DNA of 64,000 nucleotides from a bacterium. GTDB taxonomy: Archaea > Thermoplasmatota > E2 > JACPAO01 > JAHFTW01. The position numbers and the translations under genes were made by a program. The stretch is taken from positions 160,001 through 224,000 of the forward strand of contig JAZJZE010000009.1 in the NCBI GenBank assembly GCA_040390065.1, in the 5' to 3' direction. Of the stretch, positions 40,192 through 49,861 are shown piece by piece. The notes beneath the pieces were generated by a model. That model had not been told where the DNA came from. It saw nothing but the letters and a program-made list of their open reading frames with translations, and made no database searches. Numbering within the stretch: the stretch's first letter is position 1; each line of letters begins with the position of its first letter.

Positions 40192-40871
40192 CGTCGCACC
40201 GACCAGAAGAGGGGCAACACCAGCAATAACACTGTGGCCAGGTCGCCGGCGGCGTCGACGGACTCCAGTGTCTGGTGCGGAATGACCCCGGTCTGCAAGC
40301 TGTAGGCGACCAAGGCGTCCTTCATGGTGAACAGGGTGAATGCGCTCGCCACGAAGGCCATGTTGGCGTCGCGATTGCGGTGGTAGGCTCGCGCCGCGAA
40401 GCCGACCAGCAGGAGGCTGAGGGCACCGCTTGCGTACAGGAAGGCCACGACCTGCGGACTCGCCCCGGGCGGCTCCGCGTGGGCCGCCCCGCTCGGCGCC
40501 TCGACCACGACAGCATGGGTCCCGTTGGCGCGGTTGGTCCACGTGACAACGCCGCCGGGCGCGACCCGGACCAGGGGCGGCGAAAAACCGACCACCAGGA
40601 GGTCGAGGTCTGCCCGGGTGGGCGCCCCCTCCTCCACTTCGACCCAACCGACCACGTCGGGGCGCTCCTTGCAATGGAAAGCCTGCATGCCAACGTCGGG
40701 GAAGGCGGCGCTCCAGGCCTGGCCAGGCGCAAGGTCGGGGCTGGCAAGGTCACCGACGTGCGCCGCGGCGGGCCCGGCCACCATGAAGGCGGAAACAAGG
40801 GCGAGCAGCCCGATTCGGTGGACCTGCGACCTCGGAACGGCGTCCGCACGAGGTCGCTGTTGCCACGGCAC
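40188..40871 (-). CDS. Circularly permuted cupredoxin-like domain fused to a 3-TM domain
   Basis: SPDLAPGQAWS..F...G...FHC precedes FSPPLVRVAPGGVVTWTN....H; then three TM helices; start uncertain. Confidence 0.65.
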   Translation of the reverse strand: MPWQQRPRADAVPRSQVHRIGLLALVSAFMVAGPAAAHVGDLASPDLAPGQAWSAAFPDVGMQAFHCKERPDVVGWVEVEEGAPTRADLDLLVVGFSPPLVRVAPGGVVTWTNRANGTHAVVVEAPSGAAHAEPPGASPQVVAFLYASGALSLLLVGFAARAYHRNRDANMAFVASAFTLFTMKDALVAYSLQTGVIPHQTLESVDAAGDLATVLLLVLPLFWSVRR

Positions 40872-40962
40872 GCCTGCGCCACACCTGCAGGCCTCATGGG
40901 CGTTGCGGCACGATGCACACGGGGGCCGTCGGGGCACCGGGGGCTTGCGGTCCCCTCGCGGC

Positions 40963-41439
40963 CTAGCACATGGCGCAGGTCTCGTAGAACAGGTCGTCCA
41001 CGGCGACGGTGCGGCCGCCCATCACGATCTCCGCCGTCCCCACGTAGTCGCCAGGGCCGTGGTACGGTGTCGAGACATGGAACAGGCGGCCGTCGCCGGG
41101 GGTAAGGGGGGGGAGGTCGAGGGAGCGCTCGACGGGGGGGTCGCTGGCATGGCCGTTGACGGTGAACGACACGTGCACGTGCAGCGCCGCCGGCGTCGAC
41201 GTCGCATTGGCGGTGTTCTGGATCAGAAACGACCATTGCAGCAGGTCGTCATCCTGCTGGGCGCCGCTTTTCAGGGCAAAGACCAGAGATCCACGCAGCA
41301 AGGTGCCGCTCGTTTGCGCTGGGTCGGAGGCCGAGCAGCCTGCCAACACGACGGCCGCGACGACGGCGATGGACAGCGGCCGCAGGGGATTCAACGCGCG
41401 GCGACGCCGGGCGGCCGACATAACGCTTGTCGGCATCAT
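40963..41439 (-). CDS. Hypothetical lipoprotein
   Basis: Lipobox VLAGC; ATGA overlap with the NUDIX stop. Confidence 0.65.
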   Translation of the reverse strand: MMPTSVMSAARRRRALNPLRPLSIAVVAAVVLAGCSASDPAQTSGTLLRGSLVFALKSGAQQDDDLLQWSFLIQNTANATSTPAALHVHVSFTVNGHASDPPVERSLDLPPLTPGDGRLFHVSTPYHGPGDYVGTAEIVMGGRTVAVDDLFYETCAMC

Positions 41440-41849
41440 CCGAAGTCGATTCCGAGGTGCTGTCCCATCTCGACGTACGGGTCGTCGGGGAACGCGAGGC
41501 CCGCGCCGCGCGGCAGCCGGCGGAACCACTGCGTCTCGGCGATCGAGGCGTCAGGTTCATGGCCGTCGACGGCGGCGCCCCATGCCCCGGTGAAAACGAA
41601 GCATGTCCCGTTGGCCTTGCGGAGCTTGGTCACGAAGTGTGGCGCCGCGAGCAGGTGGCCGGTCTCCTCGCGGAATTCGCGCAGCGCGCAATGGACAGGA
41701 CCCTCGCCGGGTTGGAACTTGCCGCCCGGAAGTTCCCATCCACGTTCGCGGTGGCGCACCATGAGGAATTCCTTGCCGTCTGCGGTGTTGCGCACGGCGA
41801 CGATGACCGTGTACTCGGCCGGCGGTGCCGAACTGGCCTTCACGGTCAC
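41436..41849 (-). CDS. NUDIX hydrolase
   Basis: WELPGG...GE....CALREFREETG Nudix box. Confidence 0.92.
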   Translation of the reverse strand: MTVKASSAPPAEYTVIVAVRNTADGKEFLMVRHRERGWELPGGKFQPGEGPVHCALREFREETGHLLAAPHFVTKLRKANGTCFVFTGAWGAAVDGHEPDASIAETQWFRRLPRGAGLAFPDDPYVEMGQHLGIDFG

Positions 41850-42367
41850 TCGCCCTCCCCTTGGTCGCGCAAGTAGGTCCCGAGGTCGTGCACGGGGCGA
41901 ACAGCCTCGCGCGGCCCCTTGAAGCTGCCGACGACGACGCCGATGCCGACGGCCTCACCCCGCGGGTTCGTGACGATGCATGCGGCTCCGGCCTCGAGGC
42001 TCGCGTCGTGCCATTCGACGGATTCGCCGAGGATGTTGCGGCCGTACAGGAACAGGCGCGACGCGTGCTCGGTGACGCGGACGGTCTGCGACTTCGTGTG
42101 GCGCGCCATGAGGACGGCCCCCTGCAAATCGAGGTGGAAGTCGGTGCCCTCCAACGTGCCGATGGGGAGGCCCGCGGCGCCGGCCGTGTCGCGCAGAGCT
42201 GCCGGCAGTTCGAGGACGTCGGGGCTTACGAGGCAGGCGTACGCGCCGCCGTCCCGGTCGCAGACTGCAAGGCGCTGCACTCCCATGACTTTGGCGGCGA
42301 GGCCTTCGTCCACCGATTCGAGGAAGGCGATGGCCGCGTCGGTCTCGGCTTGCGTGGCGGGTCTCAC
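41846..42367 (-). CDS. NIP7-like PUA-domain protein
   Basis: LFLYGRNIL...G.G...VHDLGTYLR; coupled to the m5C methyltransferase gene. Confidence 0.75.
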   Translation of the reverse strand: MRPATQAETDAAIAFLESVDEGLAAKVMGVQRLAVCDRDGGAYACLVSPDVLELPAALRDTAGAAGLPIGTLEGTDFHLDLQGAVLMARHTKSQTVRVTEHASRLFLYGRNILGESVEWHDASLEAGAACIVTNPRGEAVGIGVVVGSFKGPREAVRPVHDLGTYLRDQGEGE

Positions 42368-43383
42368 GATGCACCTGGTTTGCGAAGCCGCGCCACGTAG
42401 AAACCCAAGGTGGGATGGATCCCCGGCAGGAAGCGCCGCGTCTTGGCGAGGCTCGCATCGAGCGTGAAACCCGGCCACTCCGTGACGCCCGGCGCAAGAG
42501 GCACGCCGCCGCAGCGGTCGAAGGGAAGCGCTTCGACGCGGTAGCCGCGCTCGATGAGGCGCTGCACCTGGACCTCGTTCTCCTCGGGCGCAAACGTGCA
42601 CGTCGCGTAGACGAGTGTGCCGCCCGGTTTGAGGATGCGGTCGGCGGCGTCGGCGATGGCCGACTGCACGGCGCACAGTTGCGGAATCTCCTCGAGGCGA
42701 GCCTTGCGGCGGTGGGTGTCCTTCGGGATGGTGCCTTCGCCCGTGCAGGGGGCGTCCAGCAGCACCTTGTCGGCCCACGCCTTTCCGGGCAGGTCCTCGG
42801 CGCGTTCCTGGCGCAGCACGCCCGTCGTTGCGCCGCAGCGTTCCAGGTTGAAGCGCAGTGCCCGCATGCGGTCGGCTGCCGGCTCCACGGCCACGATGGC
42901 GCCGCGTTGCCGGATATGGTGGGCCGCCCGTTCTCCGAGATCGCCCGCCATGTGGATGGTCTTGACGCCTGGCGCGGCGGCGAGGTCGGCCACGATGTCG
43001 CCAGGGCGCACGCCAAGGGCGATGGGCGCGCTCGACGACGCCAGGTCCTGCATCGTCGTCATGCCCAGGAGATGCTCCACCGTCGCGCCGGGGCTGATGG
43101 GCGACTGGCGCAGCCGGAAGACGTGCTCGTCCAAGTCGGTGCGTGACAGTTCGAAGCCACGCGCCTCGAGGCGGCGCTTCACTTCGTCGGCCTCGCCACG
43201 AAGCGGATTCGTGCGCAGATATTTCGGCGGGGGACGCACGAGGCCATCCAGAAGAGTGCCGGCATCGTCCGTGAGCCGCACGACGCGGGCGATCATCCAG
43301 TCCGGCAGGCCGTGCTTGCTCGCCCAGTCGCGGATGCGCGGGCCCGCCGCGAAGCGGGCGGGGACAATGGGCGCCTCAGCCAT
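42364..43383 (-). CDS. RsmB/NOP2-family RNA m5C methyltransferase
   Basis: DLAAAPGVKT, LLDAPCTGEG and YATCTFAPEENE motifs. Confidence 0.93.
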   Translation of the reverse strand: MAEAPIVPARFAAGPRIRDWASKHGLPDWMIARVVRLTDDAGTLLDGLVRPPPKYLRTNPLRGEADEVKRRLEARGFELSRTDLDEHVFRLRQSPISPGATVEHLLGMTTMQDLASSSAPIALGVRPGDIVADLAAAPGVKTIHMAGDLGERAAHHIRQRGAIVAVEPAADRMRALRFNLERCGATTGVLRQERAEDLPGKAWADKVLLDAPCTGEGTIPKDTHRRKARLEEIPQLCAVQSAIADAADRILKPGGTLVYATCTFAPEENEVQVQRLIERGYRVEALPFDRCGGVPLAPGVTEWPGFTLDASLAKTRRFLPGIHPTLGFYVARLRKPGAS

Positions 43384-44041
43384 GGGTCACCAGGTGATCG
43401 ATCATTCCCTTGTCGTCCGTGGCCTTGCCGATGGATCCCGCGCGGTCGCCGACCATGCGGTTCCACGTCGTGAGGTCACTCTGCGGCGACGAGCAGGGCC
43501 CGATCAGGGCACACTGCACGCCGGAACCGATCTGCGCCTCGCCAACAGCGGCGACGGCGGTGCCGCTGAGGCCGTCGTAGCCGACCTCGGCGATGAGCCG
43601 CACGGTCGCGTCCTGCTTGAAGATCGGATTGGCGGTGCTGCTCACGACCGTGCCTTCGCGCACGAACCAGTGGGTGTGCAAGCCGTTGCGCAGGAAGCGT
43701 TCGCCCTCCAACGACTTGTCGCGTGCCAGGGTCAGCCCCTTCGCCGCCGCGTCGAGGAAGTCTTGCGCTGCGGCGTCCAATTCTTCGGAGGTGAAGCCGC
43801 CGGCCTGTCGAAGACTCACGACAAGCAGGTGGCCCGGGTAGGGCGGCCCGCCGCTGGTCTCGAACTTGTACTCCACGTCGACCTTGTTGGGGCCGAAGGC
43901 GCCGTGCGTCTCCTCGGGGCCTTCCTTGACCGTCCAACCCGGTCGCAGCGCAGAGGGCTCGACCTGGGCACGAAACGGCTCTAGGCAGCCGGAGAGCGAC
44001 AGGGCCGCCACGGCCGCAACGCAGAGGACCGCCCGCTTCAC
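43376..44041 (-). CDS. Hypothetical lipoprotein
   Basis: Lipobox LSGCL after a hydrophobic helix. Confidence 0.65.
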   Translation of the reverse strand: MKRAVLCVAAVAALSLSGCLEPFRAQVEPSALRPGWTVKEGPEETHGAFGPNKVDVEYKFETSGGPPYPGHLLVVSLRQAGGFTSEELDAAAQDFLDAAAKGLTLARDKSLEGERFLRNGLHTHWFVREGTVVSSTANPIFKQDATVRLIAEVGYDGLSGTAVAAVGEAQIGSGVQCALIGPCSSPQSDLTTWNRMVGDRAGSIGKATDDKGMIDHLVTHG

Positions 44042-44092
44042 GGATGCGCCGAGGTGCGAAGCCATGATGATGTTGCCTGTCATCGCGGATGC

Positions 44093-44644
44093 GTGCCCGT
44101 CGAGGTGGAAGCCAAGCTGCGCGTGCCCGACGTGGCGGCCTTGCGGGCGCGGCTCGCGGCGGCGGGTGTCGCGCTCGGCCCGGCGGTCCAGCAGGAAGAC
44201 ACGTTCTTCCGCCGCCCTGGAAACGACCCGCTTGCGGCAGATGAGGCGCTGCGGCTGCGCCGGTCGGCCGGTGGCTTCGAGCTCACCTACAAGGGGCCGC
44301 GGCAGGCGGGCTCGTCGGTCAAGGCGCGAAGCGAGGAAAGCGTCGCCTTGCAGGACGATCCGACGCGCCTGCTGGCAGCGATGGGATATGACCCGACGGC
44401 GCAGGTGCGCAAGCGCCGCGAATCCGCGCACGTCGACGGCGTGACCTTGGCGTTGGACGACGTCGCTGGGCTCGGGTGGTTCGTGGAGCTCGAGGTCGTC
44501 TGCGAGCCCGACGCCGTCGCAGCGGCGCGGACGGCGATTGCGGACGCGGCTCGGCGGTTGGGGTTGGCCGACGCCCAGACGCTGTCCGAGTCCTACGTCG
44601 AGATGCTCACGCGCGCCGGAAGGACACGGCCACCGGCACCTTGA
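44093..44644 (+). CDS. cyaB: CYTH-domain protein (class IV adenylate cyclase-like)
   Basis: EVEAK, QEDTFF, LRLR, LTYKGP and GLGWFVELE motifs. Confidence 0.88.
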   Translation: MPVEVEAKLRVPDVAALRARLAAAGVALGPAVQQEDTFFRRPGNDPLAADEALRLRRSAGGFELTYKGPRQAGSSVKARSEESVALQDDPTRLLAAMGYDPTAQVRKRRESAHVDGVTLALDDVAGLGWFVELEVVCEPDAVAAARTAIADAARRLGLADAQTLSESYVEMLTRAGRTRPPAP

Positions 44645-45005
44645 GCGCCCGGCTGATCGTGCACGTCTTCTCCGTGAGGCGCAGGATGATGTCGACGGCA
44701 GCATCGGCCGCGTCGGTCGTGACCGTGAAGACGACGTCGATGGTGGCGATGTCGCCGGCGGAATCGAAGTCCATGGCGCCATCCAGGCGGCCGATCGTCC
44801 AGGCGACCCGGCGCTTCGCCGCGACCTTGACGGACGTCGAATGTTGGCAGGCCAGCAACGCCGCCAGCAGGAACTCGCTCGCCATGGGGCCCTCGTCCTT
44901 GCCGCCCGATGCGGGCACCTTGTCCTGGACGACTTTGTGGCCACGGATGGTCAGGCCCACCGACACGGGGCTGCGGGGGACGGCGATGGCGGTTTCCTTT
45001 GTCAT
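44607..45005 (-). CDS. OsmC-family protein
   Basis: GG.DEGP...EFLLAALLAC...CTISRAL. Confidence 0.88.
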   Translation of the reverse strand: MTKETAIAVPRSPVSVGLTIRGHKVVQDKVPASGGKDEGPMASEFLLAALLACQHSTSVKVAAKRRVAWTIGRLDGAMDFDSAGDIATIDVVFTVTTDAADAAVDIILRLTEKTCTISRALKVPVAVSFRRA

Positions 45006-45130
45006 GGACGCGCCCACTTGCGGCGTCCTCAAAAGGGCGACGCCGCGGGCGGCAAGACACGCCCCTCGTGTGGTTTCACCGACCCCTTGGTGTGGGCCAA
45101 GAGTCTTTTCGGCGGTCAACGGACAGCACG

Positions 45131-46342
45131 ATGTCCCGCATCGTCTTCCACGTCGACATGGACGCCTTCTACGCCTCCGTCGAGGTGCGCGACGACCCCA
45201 GCCTGCGCGGAGTCCCCCTCGTCGTGGGGGCCGACCCGCGTGGCGGCAAGGGCCGCGGAGTCGTTTGCACGGCCAGCTACGAGGCGCGCAAGTACGGCAT
45301 CAAGTCAGCCATGCCGATCGCGCAAGCGTACCGCCTCGCCCCGCACGCCCGGTTCATCCCGCCTGACTTCTCCAAATACGGGCCGGCAAGCGACGCCGTG
45401 ATGCAGGTCCTCGAACGCTACGCCGGCACCATGGAGTGCGTGGGCCTCGACGAAGCATACCTGGACGTGACGGAGCGCTGCGGCGGCGATTGGGACGCGG
45501 CCCGCTCCCTCGCCCACAGCCTGCAGGCGGCAGTCCGCCGCGAAACGCGCCTGTCGTGCAGCATCGGCGTCGCCCCAAGCAAATCCGTGGCCAAGATCGC
45601 AAGCGACCGCCGCAAGCCGCACGGCGTGACCGTCGTACCACCGCAAGCCGTCACCGCATTCCTCGAACCATTGCCCGTGCGCGCGGCCAACGGGTGCGGA
45701 CCGAAGACCGCCGCCGCCCTCGCCGAACTCGGCATCCACACCATCGGCCAACTTGCACAGCGGCCGCGCCCCGACCTCGAACGGGCATTCGGCACTCACG
45801 GCGCCTGGCTCTGGCAGATTGCCAATGGGCTGGACGACCGCCCCGTCGTCGCGGAGCATGGTGAACGCAAGTCGCGCGGCAACGAGACGACATTCCTGCA
45901 AGACGAGCGCGACACAAAGCGCGTGGTGGGCACGGCCATCGACCTCCTCGACGAGAGCCTGGAACGCAGCGGGCGGCGTGATGCACGAGCCTTCAGCACC
46001 GTCACCGTGAAAGTGCGCTACACGGGCTTCGTCACCCTGACGCGGGCGAGCACGGCGGCCGTCCCCTACGAGCCAGGCGACCCCGACGCCAGCAAACGCG
46101 CCAAGGCGACCGTCGCGGCCCTCCTGGAACCCCTTCTCGACGGCCGCGGCGTGCGCCTCGTCGGCGTCCGCCTCTCGGGATTCGTCGAGCCGACGGGGCA
46201 GCGGCCCTTGACCGCCTTCGGCCTGCTGCGGCGCGGCGTCGACCGGCCGACGCGGCACGTTGCCGGACTGCTGCGACACGGCATTCCGGTCGGGGCCTTC
46301 GACCCAGGCGGCCTGCGTTGGCGCCGCCTGGAGGCGTTCTGA
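45131..46342 (+). CDS. dinB: DNA polymerase IV (Y family)
   Basis: HVDMDAFYASVE, SYEARKYGI.SAMP, LDEAYLD and AKIASD..KP.G motifs. Confidence 0.95.
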   Translation: MSRIVFHVDMDAFYASVEVRDDPSLRGVPLVVGADPRGGKGRGVVCTASYEARKYGIKSAMPIAQAYRLAPHARFIPPDFSKYGPASDAVMQVLERYAGTMECVGLDEAYLDVTERCGGDWDAARSLAHSLQAAVRRETRLSCSIGVAPSKSVAKIASDRRKPHGVTVVPPQAVTAFLEPLPVRAANGCGPKTAAALAELGIHTIGQLAQRPRPDLERAFGTHGAWLWQIANGLDDRPVVAEHGERKSRGNETTFLQDERDTKRVVGTAIDLLDESLERSGRRDARAFSTVTVKVRYTGFVTLTRASTAAVPYEPGDPDASKRAKATVAALLEPLLDGRGVRLVGVRLSGFVEPTGQRPLTAFGLLRRGVDRPTRHVAGLLRHGIPVGAFDPGGLRWRRLEAF

Positions 46343-46384
46343 TGCGGCACGAACGTTCTTGAACGCGCGCCCCCCGTCGCCGCT

Positions 46385-47461
46385 GTGGCGGATGCGTCGA
46401 CACAGCCGGCCGGGCAAGGCCCGTCGACGCCGCAGGGCAACGCGCGCAGGTGGCAGCGCCTTCTCCTGCGCACCATCCTGGCCGAAATCGCCGTCATCCT
46501 CGTGCTCTTCGCCCTGCGCAACGTGGCCTGGCGCGACGTTCCAGGATACCTCGGCCGACTGGGCCCGGCCACACTCGGGCTCGCGGCCCTCGCCTACACC
46601 GCGGCGTGGACCATGCGCATCGCGCGCCTGCACGTTCTTGCCAAGGCGACGGGCATCCCGCTCGGCGCCCGGGACGCGGCGCAGACGGCCCTCGGAGCCA
46701 ACGCCCTCAACATCGTGGCGCCGGCCCGTCTCGGCGACGTGGCGGCCTACGTGCACCTGCGCAGCGAGGGAGCCGCCGGACCGGAGGCCGCCGCAGTCAT
46801 GGTGACGTGGCGTCTTGGCGACCTGGGCGCGCTCCTCGTCTTCGCCCTGCTTGCGGGACCGGTCGTCCTCCTCCTGGTACCCGTGCACAGCGCAACCACC
46901 GGCCTTGTTGCCGTGATGGCTGGCGGCGCGGGTTTCCTTGCAATCGGCGCCGCGGGCATCTACCTTGCCCGCCATCACAAGGTGCGTGCCGTCCTCGACC
47001 GCATCGCGACCCGCCTGCTTGGCTCCCGCGCGCCGACCGGAGCGGCCTTCGGGAGAGCGACGGCGCATCTCTGGACCCCCCGCCTCTTTGCGGCCAGCCT
47101 CGCCTTGGCCATTGCCGCCTGGATCGCGGACGCCCTTCTGGCCGGCGTCATCCTCGATGCACTGTGGGATGGGCCCAACGCCTACGCCGTCGTCATCATC
47201 CCCGTCATCCTCGCCAACGCCGCCAAGACCCTGCCCACGACGCCCGGCTCCATCGGCGTCTTCGAGGTCGTCTTCGGCGTCGCGCTCAACCAGTACGTCG
47301 GTGACCCAGCGTCGGCCGCGGTGTTCGGGTTTGCCGCCGTCGCGGTGCATCTCTTCGTCAACGTCCTGACCCTCGGCCTCGGCCTGCCCGGCGCCGTGGC
47401 CATCGGCCGGTCCGTGTCGCGCTCTGCGGCGCGTCAAGCCGATGCGGGCCTGACCAAGTAG
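46385..47461 (+). CDS. Lysylphosphatidylglycerol-synthase TM / flippase-like protein
   Basis: NIVAPARLGD and LPTTPGSIGVFE motifs. Confidence 0.85.
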   Translation: MADASTQPAGQGPSTPQGNARRWQRLLLRTILAEIAVILVLFALRNVAWRDVPGYLGRLGPATLGLAALAYTAAWTMRIARLHVLAKATGIPLGARDAAQTALGANALNIVAPARLGDVAAYVHLRSEGAAGPEAAAVMVTWRLGDLGALLVFALLAGPVVLLLVPVHSATTGLVAVMAGGAGFLAIGAAGIYLARHHKVRAVLDRIATRLLGSRAPTGAAFGRATAHLWTPRLFAASLALAIAAWIADALLAGVILDALWDGPNAYAVVIIPVILANAAKTLPTTPGSIGVFEVVFGVALNQYVGDPASAAVFGFAAVAVHLFVNVLTLGLGLPGAVAIGRSVSRSAARQADAGLTK

Positions 47462-48987
47462 AGCGTGTAGCTCTCTTCCTTGTTGCCGACGAGATGGTCA
47501 CCGAACGACGCAACCGGCATGAGGCGGGCCGTGGCGTTGGCGGACGAGGCCGGCACCTGCTCGTTCTGCAGGAGGAACACGCGCTCGTAGCCCGGTGCGG
47601 CACGGTCCGAGGAGGCAAGCACGTCGTCCAGCGTCATGGACCGGCCGGCGTCCCAAGTGGCGGACCAATGCGGAAAGGTCTCCAGCGAACCGGTGTCGGG
47701 GAACCAGAACCGCACGTTCGGGTCATGCAATTGCGCCAGCACCGGCATGCCGGATTGGGTCTGGAAGACGACGACGAGGGTGCGCCCGTCGAGGATGCGG
47801 TGCGCCTCCAGGTACGCGGCGACGTCGCCGGCCGCCGAGAACTCCCCGGTCGCGTCGCGCTCGATGGCGATGGCGGCCCCGACGACCTGCACGACGAGCA
47901 CGACGGGGAGGAACCAGGACAGGCCCGAGAGCACCGCCTTGGGGGCCCGCGGCATCGTCGGCCACCTCGCCCGGAGGCGTTGGGAAAGCGGCACGGTATC
48001 GGCCGGGCGTGTGCGCGCAAGCCACGTGCACGCCAGGAACACGAGGAACACGAGGCCGGCATGGTGCGCGGCCCCGCCGTACCGCACGGCAAAGAACATA
48101 GTCAACGCCCCCGCGGCCGCGACGTAGATCGAAAGGACGCGCACGTTGTGACGCATGGGCCAGCACGACGCCGCAAGCAGCAGGCCCGCGAAGACGACCT
48201 TGACCGCCGTCGGCAGCGGGTCGAAGATGGAATGGTCCCAGAAGACCTGGCCGAGCGACGGAATCGGAAGGAAGGTTGCGAGCGTCGACCGGGCCGGTGT
48301 GTAGATGGACGGATGCCACGCCGACAGCCATGGCGACAGGTCGTGCGCGGGGATCAACTGCATGACCGCGAGCAGGAACCCTCCGGCGGCGACGGCGGCG
48401 CCCATCGTCGCCCGACGGGTCCACACGCGCCCCTGCAGGAGCTCCAACCCAAAGGCCGCGGCAAAGACGCCGGCGACCATGAGGCCGTGCACGTTCGTCT
48501 GGGCCAGCAGCGCCAGGACGATGGCATAGCGCAGCGGCCGCTCGCGTCGCGTGTAGTCGACGGCCAGCAGGACGAAAAGCAGGAAGGCGAACAGGGCGTA
48601 GCTGCGTGCAATGGCGTCGTATTCGTACGCCGTGTAGTACCCGAAGGCGATGAGCCACTTCTCGAGTCGGCCAAACGGAGAGAAGAACCACAGGACGCAG
48701 ACGCTGGCCACGGCGATGCCGGCGTGGAGCACGCGCTCCGCCAGGAACGGCAGGCCGGCCTTGGCAAGGGGGACGAGCATGAGGTGCCACAACGCCGGCG
48801 TGCCCTCGTAGCTCATCGCATGGAAGAAGCCACCAACGCCCAGCGAGTCCCGTGCAATGAGCCAGGTCTCCGCCTCGTCGCGCCACGGCTCATGCCAGAC
48901 GAGAAGAGCGATCGACAGGGCGGCAAACGGCAGGATGGGCGAGCGCAGGACGTCGCGCACAAAGCCCCGCCACGACGTGGACTCCAT
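47434..48987 (-). CDS. Polytopic GT-C-like glycosyltransferase candidate
   Basis: HEPWRDEAETW, YEGTPALW and YEY..IARSY; adjacent to GT2 and flippase genes. Confidence 0.65.
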   Translation of the reverse strand: MESTSWRGFVRDVLRSPILPFAALSIALLVWHEPWRDEAETWLIARDSLGVGGFFHAMSYEGTPALWHLMLVPLAKAGLPFLAERVLHAGIAVASVCVLWFFSPFGRLEKWLIAFGYYTAYEYDAIARSYALFAFLLFVLLAVDYTRRERPLRYAIVLALLAQTNVHGLMVAGVFAAAFGLELLQGRVWTRRATMGAAVAAGGFLLAVMQLIPAHDLSPWLSAWHPSIYTPARSTLATFLPIPSLGQVFWDHSIFDPLPTAVKVVFAGLLLAASCWPMRHNVRVLSIYVAAAGALTMFFAVRYGGAAHHAGLVFLVFLACTWLARTRPADTVPLSQRLRARWPTMPRAPKAVLSGLSWFLPVVLVVQVVGAAIAIERDATGEFSAAGDVAAYLEAHRILDGRTLVVVFQTQSGMPVLAQLHDPNVRFWFPDTGSLETFPHWSATWDAGRSMTLDDVLASSDRAAPGYERVFLLQNEQVPASSANATARLMPVASFGDHLVGNKEESYTLYLVRPASA

Positions 48988-49087
48988 CGGCGCCCGTCGC
49001 ACACGGCAGCCCCACATGAATCCCGTGGCTGGCCGGCGGCGCGGCCCACAACCCTTTTTCCCGGCACCCGAGTCGACCCGCCCGTCC

Positions 49088-49852
49088 ATGATGAACGGCA
49101 AGCGGGTCTGCGTGGTGATGCCCGGCTACAAGGCCGCGGGCACGCTGGAGAAAACGGTCCGCGAGATTCCCATGGACGTGGTCGACGACATCATCCTCGT
49201 CGACGATGCCTCCCCCGACGATACGGTCGCGGTGGCCAAGCGCCTGGGGCTCCACACCGTCGTGCATCCGCAGAACCGCGGCTACGGCGGCAACCAGAAG
49301 ACCTGCTACAAGGAGGCGCTGGCCCGCGGCGCCGACGTCGTCGTCATGCTGCACCCCGATTACCAGTACACGCCGAAGCTCATCCCGTCGCTTGTCTGGT
49401 GCGTTGCAAGCGGGCTGTACGACATCAGCCTGGGCTCGCGCATCCTCGGCGGCGGAGCAAGGCGCGGCGGCATGCCTCTCTACAAGTACGTCTTCAACCG
49501 CATCCTCACCTTGTCCGAGAACATCCTCATCGGCCAAAAACTGAGCGAATACCACACCGGCTACCGCTGCTTCTCCCGCAAGGTCCTGGAGACCCTTCCG
49601 CTGGAGGAGAACTCGGACAACTTCGTCTTCGACAACCAGATGCTGGTGCAAGCCGTCGACCGCGGCTTCCTCATCGCGGAAGTGACGTGCCCGACGCGCT
49701 ACGAGCCGGAATCGTCCTCCATCCGGCTGCGCGCGAGTCTGCGGTATGGGGCAGGCGTGATGGGAACGGCAATGAAGTACCGCCTCAAGCGCATGCACCT
49801 AGCGAAACCGAAGTTCCTGCGGGAAGATGGGAAACGGATTCAGCTTCCGTAG
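49088..49852 (+). CDS. GT2 glycosyltransferase (polyprenol-phosphate glycosyltransferase-like)
   Basis: VVMPGY, LVDDASPD, NRGYGGNQK and HPDYQY motifs. Confidence 0.9.
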   Translation: MMNGKRVCVVMPGYKAAGTLEKTVREIPMDVVDDIILVDDASPDDTVAVAKRLGLHTVVHPQNRGYGGNQKTCYKEALARGADVVVMLHPDYQYTPKLIPSLVWCVASGLYDISLGSRILGGGARRGGMPLYKYVFNRILTLSENILIGQKLSEYHTGYRCFSRKVLETLPLEENSDNFVFDNQMLVQAVDRGFLIAEVTCPTRYEPESSSIRLRASLRYGAGVMGTAMKYRLKRMHLAKPKFLREDGKRIQLP

Positions 49853-49861
49853 GGCCGCGCA

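Noticed and set aside
46385-49852. Flippase / GT-C / GT2 cluster as a novel system
   Set aside because: A typical lipid-carrier surface glycosylation trio
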